64,000 nt of DNA from the human T2T-CHM13v2.0 reference genome, Homo sapiens, in the NCBI RefSeq assembly GCF_009914755.1, contig NC_060934.1, one strand, 5' to 3'. The translations under genes were made by a program, and so were the position numbers. The notes beneath the pieces were generated by a model. That model searched no databases and had not been told where the DNA came from. It was given only the letters and a program-made list of their open reading frames with translations. Shown here in pieces: positions 62,601 to 64,000 of this stretch (position 1 is its first letter; each line of letters begins with the position of its first letter).

Positions 62601-63120
62601 GTTACACCCCACGGGAGCACACAACTTAAACTCTGAGTGATGTAGAGTCAGAGACTGTGCAGGTAGAAAAGTGGATTTATGGAGAAGATAGCAGAGAAGC
62701 AAATAGGGAGAGAAATGGAGAGCAGAGCTCTCTGTCCACTTAGTTGGGACAGGGAGAGGACAGAGAAGGGACTGAAGTGGATCTCTGTGCCTTTGCTTCT
62801 CCGTTTGCCAAAGGAGTGGGTTTGGATCATCTCTAAGGTCCCTTCCAGCTTGAGAGCCCACTGGACCACAAATTGTGAATTACTAGTCACTGGGCCCTGG
62901 TGAAAGTTAAGTGGTACAGCTGCTTTCACCAGATCAGCCAAACGTTGGCAAGCATTTTTGACTCCCATTTTAAGAAAAATCCTTAAACCTTAATCATAAT
63001 TTCATATGATGAACTATTTGAGCTCCCAAAGAGGAAATTCTTGCATTTCAAAAACTGCAATTTGAGCACAAACCCCTTGCCATGGCCTTGAATCTGAAGA
63101 GCATCCTTTCTGCCTCCCTC

Positions 63121-63479
<359 letters not shown>

Positions 63480-64000
63480 TGATTCCTCTGTGTGAGCCTA
63501 CCAACTTGTATGCACAGAAGGACATGTCCCACAGCGATCCCACTACACCCACTCCTTTTCCAGCAGAACCCTGACCTTTGCTTCTTGTTATAAGCCAGCA
63601 TAATTACAAGCAGCAGAGACTACCAAAAACTCTACACACACGTGCTCTCGCACTCATACACAGACATGGAGCTGCTGTGAACAAACTGTTCAAGTGCATT
63701 CAAGTTCAAGAGCATGAGTGGGAGAAGGGGAGAGAGATTTTAATCTTTGGCCTGTCACATGGGAGAAGAAAGAAAATATCACGTCCTCATGCCTGTGTCC
63801 TGTAATGTTTATCGTCTGAGATCACAGGCAACGAATCTCCTCCCTGTGTCCCGTTTCCTCCCCCAGCCCTGGGTTGGGGATGCTGGCTTGGAATTAGAGA
63901 AGACAGGATATGTGCTGATCAGTAGAGGAAAAGTGAAGACTGAGTTCTAGATGGAGCCTCAGGGGCTAGAAGATGGGGCCTAACCTGGGGTATATGTGCA

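Overview
AT-rich, repeat-dense primate (almost certainly human) genomic DNA. The + strand carries the 3' part of NHLRC2 (thioredoxin-like domain, NHL beta-propeller, C-terminal beta-sandwich; FINCA disease gene, 10q25.3). The window starts inside intron 2. Nine GT-AG coding exons (3-11) splice in one frame to residues ~111-726 and stop at TAG 38094-38096. A probable ~8.7 kb 3' UTR follows, ending near an ATTAAA at 46733, then ~17 kb of intergenic DNA. The rest is mostly Alu, L1/HAL1, L2, MIR, MaLR/ERVL LTRs and a Tigger element. I see no new gene or new multi-gene system. Best leads: (1) an Alu whose target-site duplication also encloses 55 nt of non-Alu sequence plus a second A-tract, a candidate Alu 3' transduction; (2) two sites hit twice by retrotransposons at the same nick, each leaving three target copies; (3) a 9-nt copy of the exon 5 splice donor just before the stop codon, ~150 nt upstream of the proximal poly(A) signals; (4) a perfect 21-bp inverted repeat in intron 6; (5) a Cys-x6-Cys motif in the C-terminal domain. 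Repeat subfamilies and old-repeat boundaries were called by eye and are approximate; residue numbers and disease alleles are from recalled knowledge of NHLRC2.
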